Shown here: positions 55,029-62,809 of the stretch, piece after piece | Position numbering within the stretch: position 1 is the stretch's first letter | How the letters are laid out: each line of letters starts with the position of its first letter | From: an uncultured archaeon | GTDB taxonomy: Archaea > Asgardarchaeota > Lokiarchaeia > Sigyniarchaeales > SOKP01 | Direction of reading: 5' to 3' | Length of the DNA stretch: 64,000 bases | NCBI GenBank assembly: GCA_964493715.1 | Contig: CAZBPC010000001.1 | Span: 87,032-151,031 of the forward strand | Translations under genes and position numbers: made by a program | Notes under the pieces: generated by a model | Seen by the model: only the letters and a program-made list of their open reading frames with translations | What the model was told of the DNA's origin: nothing | Databases searched by the model: none

Positions 55029-55370
55029 ATGAAAGGGATGTGTTTAATAGTTATTGGATTGGCTTTTTTTATGGTTTATCAAACCAATCCAATGGGAACA
55101 CTCATTATTGCTGGAGTGATTCTCGCTGGCTATGCGTATATCAAATCTAGAAAGAAAGGCAGTTCAAGGAGAAAAGGGGTATTTTTTGGGAAGGGAGTGA
55201 GATCGATGCAAGAAAATTCTCCAATTAATGAAATCATGACAATGTTTTTAGTCCAGCAGATTTTGGATAAAAATCGTGAGAAACTATCATCTTCAGAATC
55301 TCAAGAAAAGGATCAAGAAATATTGGAATTGGAACAAAAGAAGCGAGAAATCCTGTCCCTATTGGAGTGA
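55029..55370 (+). CDS. Small membrane protein with charged coiled C-terminal tail (hypothetical)
   Basis: ATG 55029 lies 2 nt after the upstream stop and is preceded by GGAGGGGAG. Two hydrophobic helices, then SESQEKDQEILELEQKKREIL. Confidence 0.4.
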   Translation: MKGMCLIVIGLAFFMVYQTNPMGTLIIAGVILAGYAYIKSRKKGSSRRKGVFFGKGVRSMQENSPINEIMTMFLVQQILDKNREKLSSSESQEKDQEILELEQKKREILSLLE

Positions 55371-55378
55371 AATGAATA

Positions 55379-56083
55379 ATGATGAATGTATTATCCTTAC
55401 TCGAAAATAATTTGAATGAGAGAGGTCAAATTATCTCCATTTCTGGTTCCTCAGGAACGGGAAAAACGACTCTTGCGCTTCAAATTGTTGCGGAATCATT
55501 GACTGCTAAGGTTCCATTTGAAGAACAATGTTTGTGGATACAAGCAAGTGAAGGCTTTCCAAAAAAACGACTGGAATCAATGTTACGATCTGAACCCTCA
55601 ACCCTGAATTTCTTGTTGAAAAACACGTTTATCGTGCCATCAAGGAATGTCTTTCATGATTTTGATGAACAATCCAAATCGTTACGTGATATTCCTTTAC
55701 AATATTTACCCCCTGAGATTAAATTTATAGTTATTGATAACATCTCTCATCATTTAAGATACCGAATAGCTGAAGTAAATGATTTTGCAGGTCGGTCTAA
55801 GATTATAAACAGATTTTTTGATGAGATCTTATTTCCTCTCATCATGTTTTGTAAGAGAACTCAGATTCATCTCATTTTGATTCATGAAGTATCACAAGAT
55901 CCTGAAACCGGAAAAACTAGATCATTTTATCATAAATTATTCGACAGAATTCAAGATATATCAATCACTTTAACTCGACCAGGTTATAGTAACTTGAGAT
56001 CTCAGATGCAAGTCGAATTTGGTGAGGAGCAACTTATAAAATCTTATATATTGGATGATATAGGATTAGTCCTAACTACTTAA
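55379..56083 (+). CDS. RecA-superfamily ATPase, RadB/KaiC-like
   Basis: Walker A ISISGSSGTGKTTLALQIV, Walker B-like KFIVIDNISHHL, about 230 aa, no N-terminal HhH domain. Confidence 0.6.
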   Translation: MMNVLSLLENNLNERGQIISISGSSGTGKTTLALQIVAESLTAKVPFEEQCLWIQASEGFPKKRLESMLRSEPSTLNFLLKNTFIVPSRNVFHDFDEQSKSLRDIPLQYLPPEIKFIVIDNISHHLRYRIAEVNDFAGRSKIINRFFDEILFPLIMFCKRTQIHLILIHEVSQDPETGKTRSFYHKLFDRIQDISITLTRPGYSNLRSQMQVEFGEEQLIKSYILDDIGLVLTT

Positions 56084-56211
56084 TTCTTCTCTTCGGAGAC
56101 ATAATTTTTCTAATTAACCCTTATTAAGTCCTTTTTAACTGCACTTAAAGGAAAAAAAAATTTCAAGGATCTATCTTTTTCTTTAAATATGCTGGATGAT
56201 ATTTATGTTAC

Positions 56212-56589
56212 ATGTCAAGCCATCATGATTCTGATACCAATGATACCAATTCGGTCGTGATATGTTCAGTGTGTCATTCAGAGATTATTGATCTAGTCGG
56301 AGTATATCAGTCACCAGTAAATTTTGCAGTCGTGTGTAAAAAATGTTTGACTCGATTTACGCGCAATGACATCGAGATGATGATCGGTCTCTTTTTTTTA
56401 TATGGAGGTTATTTTGGTAAATTAAAAAATAGAACTTTCTCGTTAAATAAAGTGCTTTCAAGCATGGATATGCCTATTAACAAGGAAGAAGTTGAAGAGA
56501 TGAATCAAAGGCTAATGCATCAAGCGTTAATTCACGGGCTCAGGCCATTTGAATTCAACAAAAAACTTGCTCTTTATACTGGTTATTAG
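56212..56589 (+). CDS. Hypothetical zinc-ribbon protein
   Basis: CSVCHSEI...VCKKCLTRF has two CxxC pairs. Confidence 0.4.
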   Translation: MSSHHDSDTNDTNSVVICSVCHSEIIDLVGVYQSPVNFAVVCKKCLTRFTRNDIEMMIGLFFLYGGYFGKLKNRTFSLNKVLSSMDMPINKEEVEEMNQRLMHQALIHGLRPFEFNKKLALYTGY

Positions 56590-56711
56590 TGAATGATATA
56601 ACTTTTTTGATATGAAATCAATATTTTATAGAATTTTTTATTTAAAAGCTTTTGAATTAATTTCACCCTAAATTGAAATTTATAATAAAAATAGCATAAA
56701 AATGAAATATC

Positions 56712-57965
56712 ATGGCAGAATTGGATTTAGTAAAAAATATTAATGCCAGGCAGATCAAGCTCTTGCAAGAAAACGGTATCAGCAGCGCAGAAGCGTTGGC
56801 AATGTCCCCACACACCATAATAAGCGAAATCGATGGACTTGGGGAAAAGACGGCAAAAAAGCTCATTTGGAATGCTCGAAATGCATTAGGAATGAGCGAA
56901 TTTATCACTGCTGAAGATATTGATGAGAACACCGAATACATCACGACCGGTTCAGCCGAATTGAACCGAATACTTGGAGGGGGTTTTCAAACTGGAAAAC
57001 TTACCGAAGTTTACGGTCCCTTCAAATCTGGGAAAACTAATTTAGCTCACACGATTTCAGTTTCCGTCCAATTACCGAAAAATAAAGGAGGATTAGGAGC
57101 TAAAGTAGCATATATTGATACGGAGAATACTTTTTCTAAAGAGAAAATTAAACGGATTGCCAAAAGATTCGGGGTGGATCCAAAAAAAGTACTTTCTGGC
57201 ATCTTTCATGCTAGGATTTTTAGTTCTGATCATCAAGCTCAAATGATTAGTAAAGCTGAAACACTTTGCAAGACGCGCGGAGTTCGTCTCATCATTATGG
57301 ATTCCCTAATGGCACTCATGCGGGCTGAATTCGTTGGAATTGGAATGCTCGCTAGGAGACAAAGCGTGCTTAATAATATGATCCACGCTCTTTCTAGAAT
57401 TGCAGAAACTTACAATTGTGCTGTCCTACTCACTAACCAAGTTGCCACCAAAATGATGGGTATGTTCTCAAGTGATGATGCAATCGGTGGAAACATCATA
57501 GCGCACGGGTGTCACTTCAGGGTAATGTTCAAAACCAAGGGATTCTCCTCCAATAATTCATTAAAACGAAGAGCTATCATCGTGGATGCCCCAGATCTTG
57601 CACCAGAAGAAGTCGAATTTTACATTACAAGCGTGGGTATTGCTGATACAGAAAACGCTGAATTACCCAAAGGAGATACGACCGGATTTGAAGTTCCTTC
57701 ATTATACGAAGAGGTTGATGATGATGAAATCGAGACTTCTATCACCCCTGATACACCTTCTGAAAGAGAGAGCGATGAAGAAAACCTTACATCTGTAAAG
57801 GGAATCGGAGCCGGTATGGCTGTTCAACTTAAGAAAGCAGGAATTAATTCGGTTAACGAGTTAATATCTGCCCAACCGGAAGAAATCGCTTTAAAAGTGA
57901 GCGGTGCATCATTGAAAAAGGTTCAAGAATGGCAGGGCAATGCGAAGGGCATGGTCCAAATATAA
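56712..57965 (+). CDS. radA: RadA/Rad51-family recombinase with extra C-terminal acidic linker plus HhH module
   Basis: N-terminal HhH, ITTGSAELNRILGGGFQTGKLTEVYGPFKSGKT, YIDTENTF, LIIMDSLMALMRAEF and LLTNQV. aa 313-417 are an addition ending in LTSVKGIGAGMAVQLKKAGINSVNELISAQPEEIA. Confidence 0.85.
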   Translation: MAELDLVKNINARQIKLLQENGISSAEALAMSPHTIISEIDGLGEKTAKKLIWNARNALGMSEFITAEDIDENTEYITTGSAELNRILGGGFQTGKLTEVYGPFKSGKTNLAHTISVSVQLPKNKGGLGAKVAYIDTENTFSKEKIKRIAKRFGVDPKKVLSGIFHARIFSSDHQAQMISKAETLCKTRGVRLIIMDSLMALMRAEFVGIGMLARRQSVLNNMIHALSRIAETYNCAVLLTNQVATKMMGMFSSDDAIGGNIIAHGCHFRVMFKTKGFSSNNSLKRRAIIVDAPDLAPEEVEFYITSVGIADTENAELPKGDTTGFEVPSLYEEVDDDEIETSITPDTPSERESDEENLTSVKGIGAGMAVQLKKAGINSVNELISAQPEEIALKVSGASLKKVQEWQGNAKGMVQI

Positions 57966-58012
57966 ATCAAATTGCGTTTTTTTTAATATCTTTATTTTAT
58001 TCCTGAAAAAAA

Positions 58013-58103
58013 GTATTAATAGCATATTAGTTTCTTTGTAGTTATGAAAATTTGCCTGATTTTTTTCTCACCAACTAATAATACTGCTCAAATAGCAGAT
58101 GTA
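58013..58103 (+). repeat. Direct repeat copy A (upstream region plus first 20 codons of the flavodoxin/ferredoxin gene)
   Basis: 80 of 91 nt are identical to 59593..59683. The coding part (58044-58103) matches at 57 of 60. Confidence 0.85.
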
Positions 58104-58856
58104 ATAAAAGAGGTATTAGTTGAGAGAAGTATTGGTGTGGATTTGCATGATATAACACCATATGCAGAAAGACAGAAAAAATTTGATCTTCAAGATTATG
58201 ATGCTTTTTTTTTTGGATTCCCAATTCATGTTCAAAGAGTGCCATCTATTATTCGGGATTGGATTCATACCTTGAATGGAGGGGGAAAGTTTTGTTCAAT
58301 ATTTTTTACGTATGGAGGGGTAACTACTGGAATTGCTCATTATGATACAAAAAGAAGATTAGAAAGTCAAAATTTTCAAATTATTTCGACTGCAGAATTC
58401 TTAGGAAAACATACATTTAACCTTGGTGGTTGGAATTTAATGCCTGATAGACCAAATGAAAAAGATTTCTCAGTTGCGAGAGTATATACTATTAAAACCC
58501 TTGAAAAAATTATTTCACACAATACTCAAATGATCGAATTCGAAGAACCTAAAATTACTGAAAAACAACTCAACCGATTAGATAAAGTACCAAAGGGAGG
58601 CATGACACCACCTTCACGTAAGGGAAAGGCTTGTTGCATGTGTTTAAAATGCGAAATAGAATGTCCAAATAATGCAATGGATGCTAATGCGGGAATTTCT
58701 AATGGAAAGAAATGCATTAGATGTTTGAGGTGTGTATTTATTTGCCCAGATAATGTTCTTGAGATTAACGATATGAGACCAGCATATTCCGTTATTGTTA
58801 ATGCTGAAAATACCCCAGAAAAATTAGCGAAGAAAGAGAGTAAATACTATTTATGA
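58044..58856 (+). CDS. Flavodoxin-like domain fused to 2x[4Fe-4S] ferredoxin domain
   Basis: MKICLIFFSPTNNTAQIADVI is a flavodoxin-type N-terminus. The C-terminus has CCMCLKCEIECPNNAM and CIRCLRCVFICPDNVL. Confidence 0.75.
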   Translation: MKICLIFFSPTNNTAQIADVIKEVLVERSIGVDLHDITPYAERQKKFDLQDYDAFFFGFPIHVQRVPSIIRDWIHTLNGGGKFCSIFFTYGGVTTGIAHYDTKRRLESQNFQIISTAEFLGKHTFNLGGWNLMPDRPNEKDFSVARVYTIKTLEKIISHNTQMIEFEEPKITEKQLNRLDKVPKGGMTPPSRKGKACCMCLKCEIECPNNAMDANAGISNGKKCIRCLRCVFICPDNVLEINDMRPAYSVIVNAENTPEKLAKKESKYYL

Positions 58857-58864
58857 GTAAATTA

Positions 58865-59347
58865 TTATTCTAAAGGATTTTTAATAAGGTAATTACTGAC
58901 ATACCTTAACAATTTTTTTTCAATAGCCCACTTTATTATCTTATTAGCTGTTTCAAAGCTGCACCATTTCCAATCAGTGTGTTCAGCAGGGTTCAATACT
59001 GGATCCTTAGGGCGATCTATACGAGCGATGAAATTATAAAATGTAATCTCTTTTACTTCTTCTTGAAGATGAGGAGGAGATTGATCACCTTCATCTTCTT
59101 CATTTTCCGCATATAATTCTTGAGGTATATTTATCGGGAGAATAAGAGTAGGAATGTAACCTGTTTCTTCAAAAAGTTCTCTTTTTGCACACTCAAGAGG
59201 ACTTTCTCCTTTCGGGTGATCAAGTGCCCCCATTGAATCTCCTACTGAACCAGTTACGTAATGCTAATTATAACTCAAAGTAGCTCTTTTTATCATGAGA
59301 AACTCTAACTTATTCTCTTTGTACCTGATAGGATACACTCCTACCAT
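58865..59347 (-). pseudogene. Nudix hydrolase (NudB-like) interrupted by an in-frame TAG
   Basis: The minus-strand frame reads MVGVYPIRYKENKLEFLMIKRATLSYN*HYVTGSVGDSMGALDHPKGESPLECAKRELFEETGY with TAG at 59264-59266. The Nudix box GESPLECAKRELFEETG is intact. The stop aligns with the Trp of the NudB-type FWQSVTGS motif. Confidence 0.65.
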
Positions 59348-59592
59348 CTCTTTCTTAACCAAATTAATCACTTTAAATCATGTTTACGTAAAGATTTTTG
59401 TGTTTACATGGACCACCATACAAGATAGACTTTTATATATTTTAATTCCCACATTGATTTAATGTCTTTTCATCTATTAAGGTAAAATTTTGATTACAAT
59501 TCATAGTTTTATTTATATGATAGGAATTTTCATTGAAATAAGACTCTGAATTTACTTTTGTAATGAATTAAGTATGAATATCGATTGATTAG

Positions 59593-59683
59593 GTATTAAT
59601 ATTACATTAGTTTCTTTACTTTAATGAAAGTTTGCTTGATTTTTTTCTCACCAACTAAAAATACTGCTCAAATAGCAGATGTA
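59593..59683 (+). repeat. Direct repeat copy B; carries a 26-codon gene fragment (59624..59704)
   Basis: It encodes MKVCLIFFSPTKNTAQIADV, then diverges to YSLILN-stop, so it is a 5' remnant of a flavodoxin-type paralog. Confidence 0.85.
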
Positions 59684-59807
59684 TATTCTTTAATCTTAAA
59701 TTGAAGGATATACATTTCTCAAAAGATTTATTAGCTTTAGTTACCCTATTAAGTTTGAAAAGACATCAACTCAATTATTATTTAAAAATAGAAGTGAAAT
59801 AAAAAAT

Positions 59808-60566
59808 ATGGATAGCAAAAAAAGTTATGAATGGGTCATATTTGTATTTTCTTTCATCGTGCTTGGTTTTACGTTAATTTACCCTGCCGTCTCGTATTCA
59901 GAACATGCAGGTTCCATTAATTTGTATCTTTCAGGTTATATCTCTTTCACAATTTATGGGTATGGAACTGTATCGGGGTTTTTATTGGATCCAGAAATCC
60001 AGATTACCTCCGCGTTTGCAATGTTTACCATGATTTGTAGTTTGTTCACGTTGTTGATATTATCATATTCTCTAAAACAAGATATAAGGAATTTTAAAAA
60101 ATTAAATTTAAGATATTTCTTAATCATTAACGCCGCATTGTTATTAATTCCAACGATCGTGTGGATCATTCAGTATAATCAAGCTACGAGCGTTCTACCT
60201 CAAGAAATAATCGATATGGGATATGAAAGTATTTGGGAGATACTTACTCCTTCTTTTGGATTAATCGGGGTTTTTATATGCTCGGGGATAATTTTTGGGG
60301 GGGTTGCATATATCCAACTTAACTATGTAAAAATACTTGAAAAACTCTTACCAACAAGGGAGGAAAAAAGAAGAGAATTAAACATGATAAGTCGAGATAT
60401 TTTACGTGAATTGGACCGAATCAAGAAAGACGCTAAAGAACGTTATTTTGAAAATAAAATTGATTCAATTTTGTTGGAGATACTAACAAAGGAGGAATTG
60501 AGAAGATATTCTCACTTAAATCAGCGCTTAGATAAGCTCAATTCTATTTTAGAAGTAAAAAAATAA
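59808..60566 (+). CDS. Hypothetical membrane protein with C-terminal coiled-coil tail
   Basis: About 5 TM segments, then EEKRRELNMISRDILRELDRIKKDAKERYFENK. Confidence 0.4.
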   Translation: MDSKKSYEWVIFVFSFIVLGFTLIYPAVSYSEHAGSINLYLSGYISFTIYGYGTVSGFLLDPEIQITSAFAMFTMICSLFTLLILSYSLKQDIRNFKKLNLRYFLIINAALLLIPTIVWIIQYNQATSVLPQEIIDMGYESIWEILTPSFGLIGVFICSGIIFGGVAYIQLNYVKILEKLLPTREEKRRELNMISRDILRELDRIKKDAKERYFENKIDSILLEILTKEELRRYSHLNQRLDKLNSILEVKK

Positions 60567-60666
60567 CAAAATAATTTTTCGAGTTACGATATTAGAATTA
60601 GCCAAATAATTTAGAGATTAAACTGAAAAAGAAATTAGTTTTCTAAATGAGAAAAAAGAAAAAAAA

Positions 60667-61710
60667 TTAATCCATTTTGGATTGGTAATTTATTGCTTCT
60701 TTACGTTTCCGAAAAATCATCATAACTCCAATTACCAATATGACTCCCCCCAGACCCATTCCTGCCACCATCATAGTTTCTGGAGGGAGAAAAATTCTCG
60801 GGTTATCGGAAGGGGTCGTTCCATTGATGTCAGTAGGATCTTCACCCGATGCAATAACTCCCTTATTTACCATTGCATACGCGACATTTATGTTTTCATG
60901 ACCTACATCAACGTAAATTTCAATCCGTATTGAATAAGTTCCTCCTTGAGATGTGCCAAACAAAAATGAATTGATTTCTGACACCCCTGCTAACGAGTTG
61001 TTCAAGAAAACTGCATAAGGAAGGTCATTTGGATCAAACACCGTTAAATCAACACGATCCACCGTGCTTAAATTCCCTTCTGCGGAGACGCGTCCTATGT
61101 AAAATTTATACGAGTAATCCGATTGTAAAGCAAATTGATGGATGATATAGGTCTGGTCAGCATTAAATCGTGTCACCTCGTACAATACAAAATTAATTGG
61201 ATCCCATTCAGGAATTTTCTCTCTCAAGCATTCATACTCTTTCTCAATCTTGATGTGAATATTTACGTTAAAAATACTCTCTACTTCGAAAGAGAAAGTA
61301 TGATTACCTTCCATAGCTGTTCCAAAGGGTATTTCCTGATAACTTAAATCGTATGGAACTTGCTGTAAGGTACCATCATACACGATAAAAAGTTTTTCGT
61401 CGGGATCATATATTCGAACCGTTATATTACATGAGTGGGGTGTGACCAAGCGAATCCAAGTGAAATAAGTGAAATCCTCCAAGAGAGGAGTGTCTGTAAA
61501 GTTTAATGGAGCTCCTCCAATCTCAAACGTGAAAACTTTATCCACGAGGATGTCCTCTTCAGCACTTAGATGAATTGAACTGGAAGGCTCCATTCTCGCC
61601 ACATTTTTCCCAATAAAATCATGAGGAATAAAATTAGATGCCGTGATCATGATAAAAAACAATAATAAGGTTAAAATGAAGATGGTAATTGTATTAATCT
61701 TAATATCCAT
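60667..61710 (-). CDS. Membrane-anchored extracellular protein, paralog of 28899..29840
   Basis: N-terminal signal anchor and C-terminal TM plus RKRKE tail. Shares RLVTPHSCNITVRIYDPDEK...IHIKIEKE with the other copy's EVVTPHQCEINMTLTDPSGN...LHLKIERT. Confidence 0.5.
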   Translation of the reverse strand: MDIKINTITIFILTLLLFFIMITASNFIPHDFIGKNVARMEPSSSIHLSAEEDILVDKVFTFEIGGAPLNFTDTPLLEDFTYFTWIRLVTPHSCNITVRIYDPDEKLFIVYDGTLQQVPYDLSYQEIPFGTAMEGNHTFSFEVESIFNVNIHIKIEKEYECLREKIPEWDPINFVLYEVTRFNADQTYIIHQFALQSDYSYKFYIGRVSAEGNLSTVDRVDLTVFDPNDLPYAVFLNNSLAGVSEINSFLFGTSQGGTYSIRIEIYVDVGHENINVAYAMVNKGVIASGEDPTDINGTTPSDNPRIFLPPETMMVAGMGLGGVILVIGVMMIFRKRKEAINYQSKMD

Positions 61711-62017
61711 GCACCTCTAATTCTTCAAATTCCACGATGAGTTCGGCGGTAACGGGACATTTGTCGTACTGAATGCAGGTAAAACAAGGCTGATCGCTCC
61801 AAAAATAGGCTTTCTGGTTCGGACGATCTACTATAAGTATTGGAATTCCAGATCGTGGACATAATAAAGCAGAATTGCTGAGATTCCCTCGTTTTGGTAA
61901 TGCATAGGACAGCCCGCAATTATCGCATTTCACATATCGCTTATAATTCTTCGTTTTAAAAATCATCAAGGAACCATCACATTGAGGACAAGTTCCTATC
62001 TCGTCTAATTGTCTCAT
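61700..62017 (-). CDS. Small protein with topoisomerase-type C4 zinc fingers
   Basis: CPQCDGSLMIFKTKNYKRYVKCDNCGLSYALP resembles zf-C4_Topoisom, and a second Cys set follows (CPRSG...CFTC...C). It overlaps the downstream gene by 11 nt. Confidence 0.6.
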   Translation of the reverse strand: MRQLDEIGTCPQCDGSLMIFKTKNYKRYVKCDNCGLSYALPKRGNLSNSALLCPRSGIPILIVDRPNQKAYFWSDQPCFTCIQYDKCPVTAELIVEFEELEVHGY

Positions 62018-62145
62018 GTCATCAAAACCTTATCTCATAATTAAAAGATAAAGAGATAGTTAAGAGAGTTTCTTGACATTTTTATTTAAAGAAAAAATGA
62101 AAAATTACTAAATCGGGACTCCACTCTTTTTTTTTTTAAAAAGAA

Positions 62146-62391
62146 ATGCATGATAGTAATTTCATAATGGTGATATTTGATTATCTTGATAATCTGGGAT
62201 CTGGAATGGAATTTCTTCTTGCGTTAGGCTCCATATTGGGATTAATAGGAGTCGTGGTTGGGTTCATTGTCTTTGTTTGGGGTGGAGGTCGCTTGCGAAA
62301 GCACATGTTAGGTGTAATTGTTTTCTCGATCGCTTTATTAGCAGTCTGTGGAATAGAAACAGGTGTGAAATACTTCCATATCTTTCGCTAA
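62146..62391 (+). CDS. Small two-TM membrane protein (hypothetical)
   Basis: LLALGSILGLIGVVVGFIVFVWGG and VIVFSIALLAVCGI. Confidence 0.35.
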   Translation: MHDSNFIMVIFDYLDNLGSGMEFLLALGSILGLIGVVVGFIVFVWGGGRLRKHMLGVIVFSIALLAVCGIETGVKYFHIFR

Positions 62392-62522
62392 ATTGATTCC
62401 AATCATAAGTTAATAGTTTGATTAGTAAAAGTAGAGGTTATTATCTTTTTGAATGGAGAAATGATATTTTTTCTAATAAGCTTAAAAAGTGTATATTATA
62501 AATTAAAAGAAATCTAATTAAA

Positions 62523-62792
62523 TTAGCCCCAATCGCATCTATATCCAGTACCTCCTGAAGGCCACGTGAAAATAATTGCTTCCTCCTGACAAACATACCA
62601 ACATGATGCACATTCCATGCATTTTTCTAAACTTTTTATCTTTGCTTTTTTTTCAACCATTTCAAAGCAACCTGCAAGGCATACTTTTACACAGTTCATG
62701 CATCCTATGCATTTATTTTCATCGATTTTTATGAAATCTCCAGTTTTTTCAACCCATTCCACACCTGGGAATTCTTTAAACGTTCTTACCAC
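62523..62792 (-). CDS. FixX-type ferredoxin-like protein
   Basis: About 90 aa with CIGCMNCVKVC and CMECASCWYVC, located directly downstream of a FixC-like flavoprotein gene. Confidence 0.8.
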   Translation of the reverse strand: MVRTFKEFPGVEWVEKTGDFIKIDENKCIGCMNCVKVCLAGCFEMVEKKAKIKSLEKCMECASCWYVCQEEAIIFTWPSGGTGYRCDWG

Positions 62793-62809
62793 TTAAAAGT
62801 CACCTCATT

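Noticed and set aside
59264-59266. TAG as a pyrrolysine codon in the Nudix gene
   Set aside because: The stop aligns with a conserved Trp (a TGG to TAG transition). No Pyl machinery or methylamine methyltransferase context is visible in the window. A pseudogene is the more economical reading.
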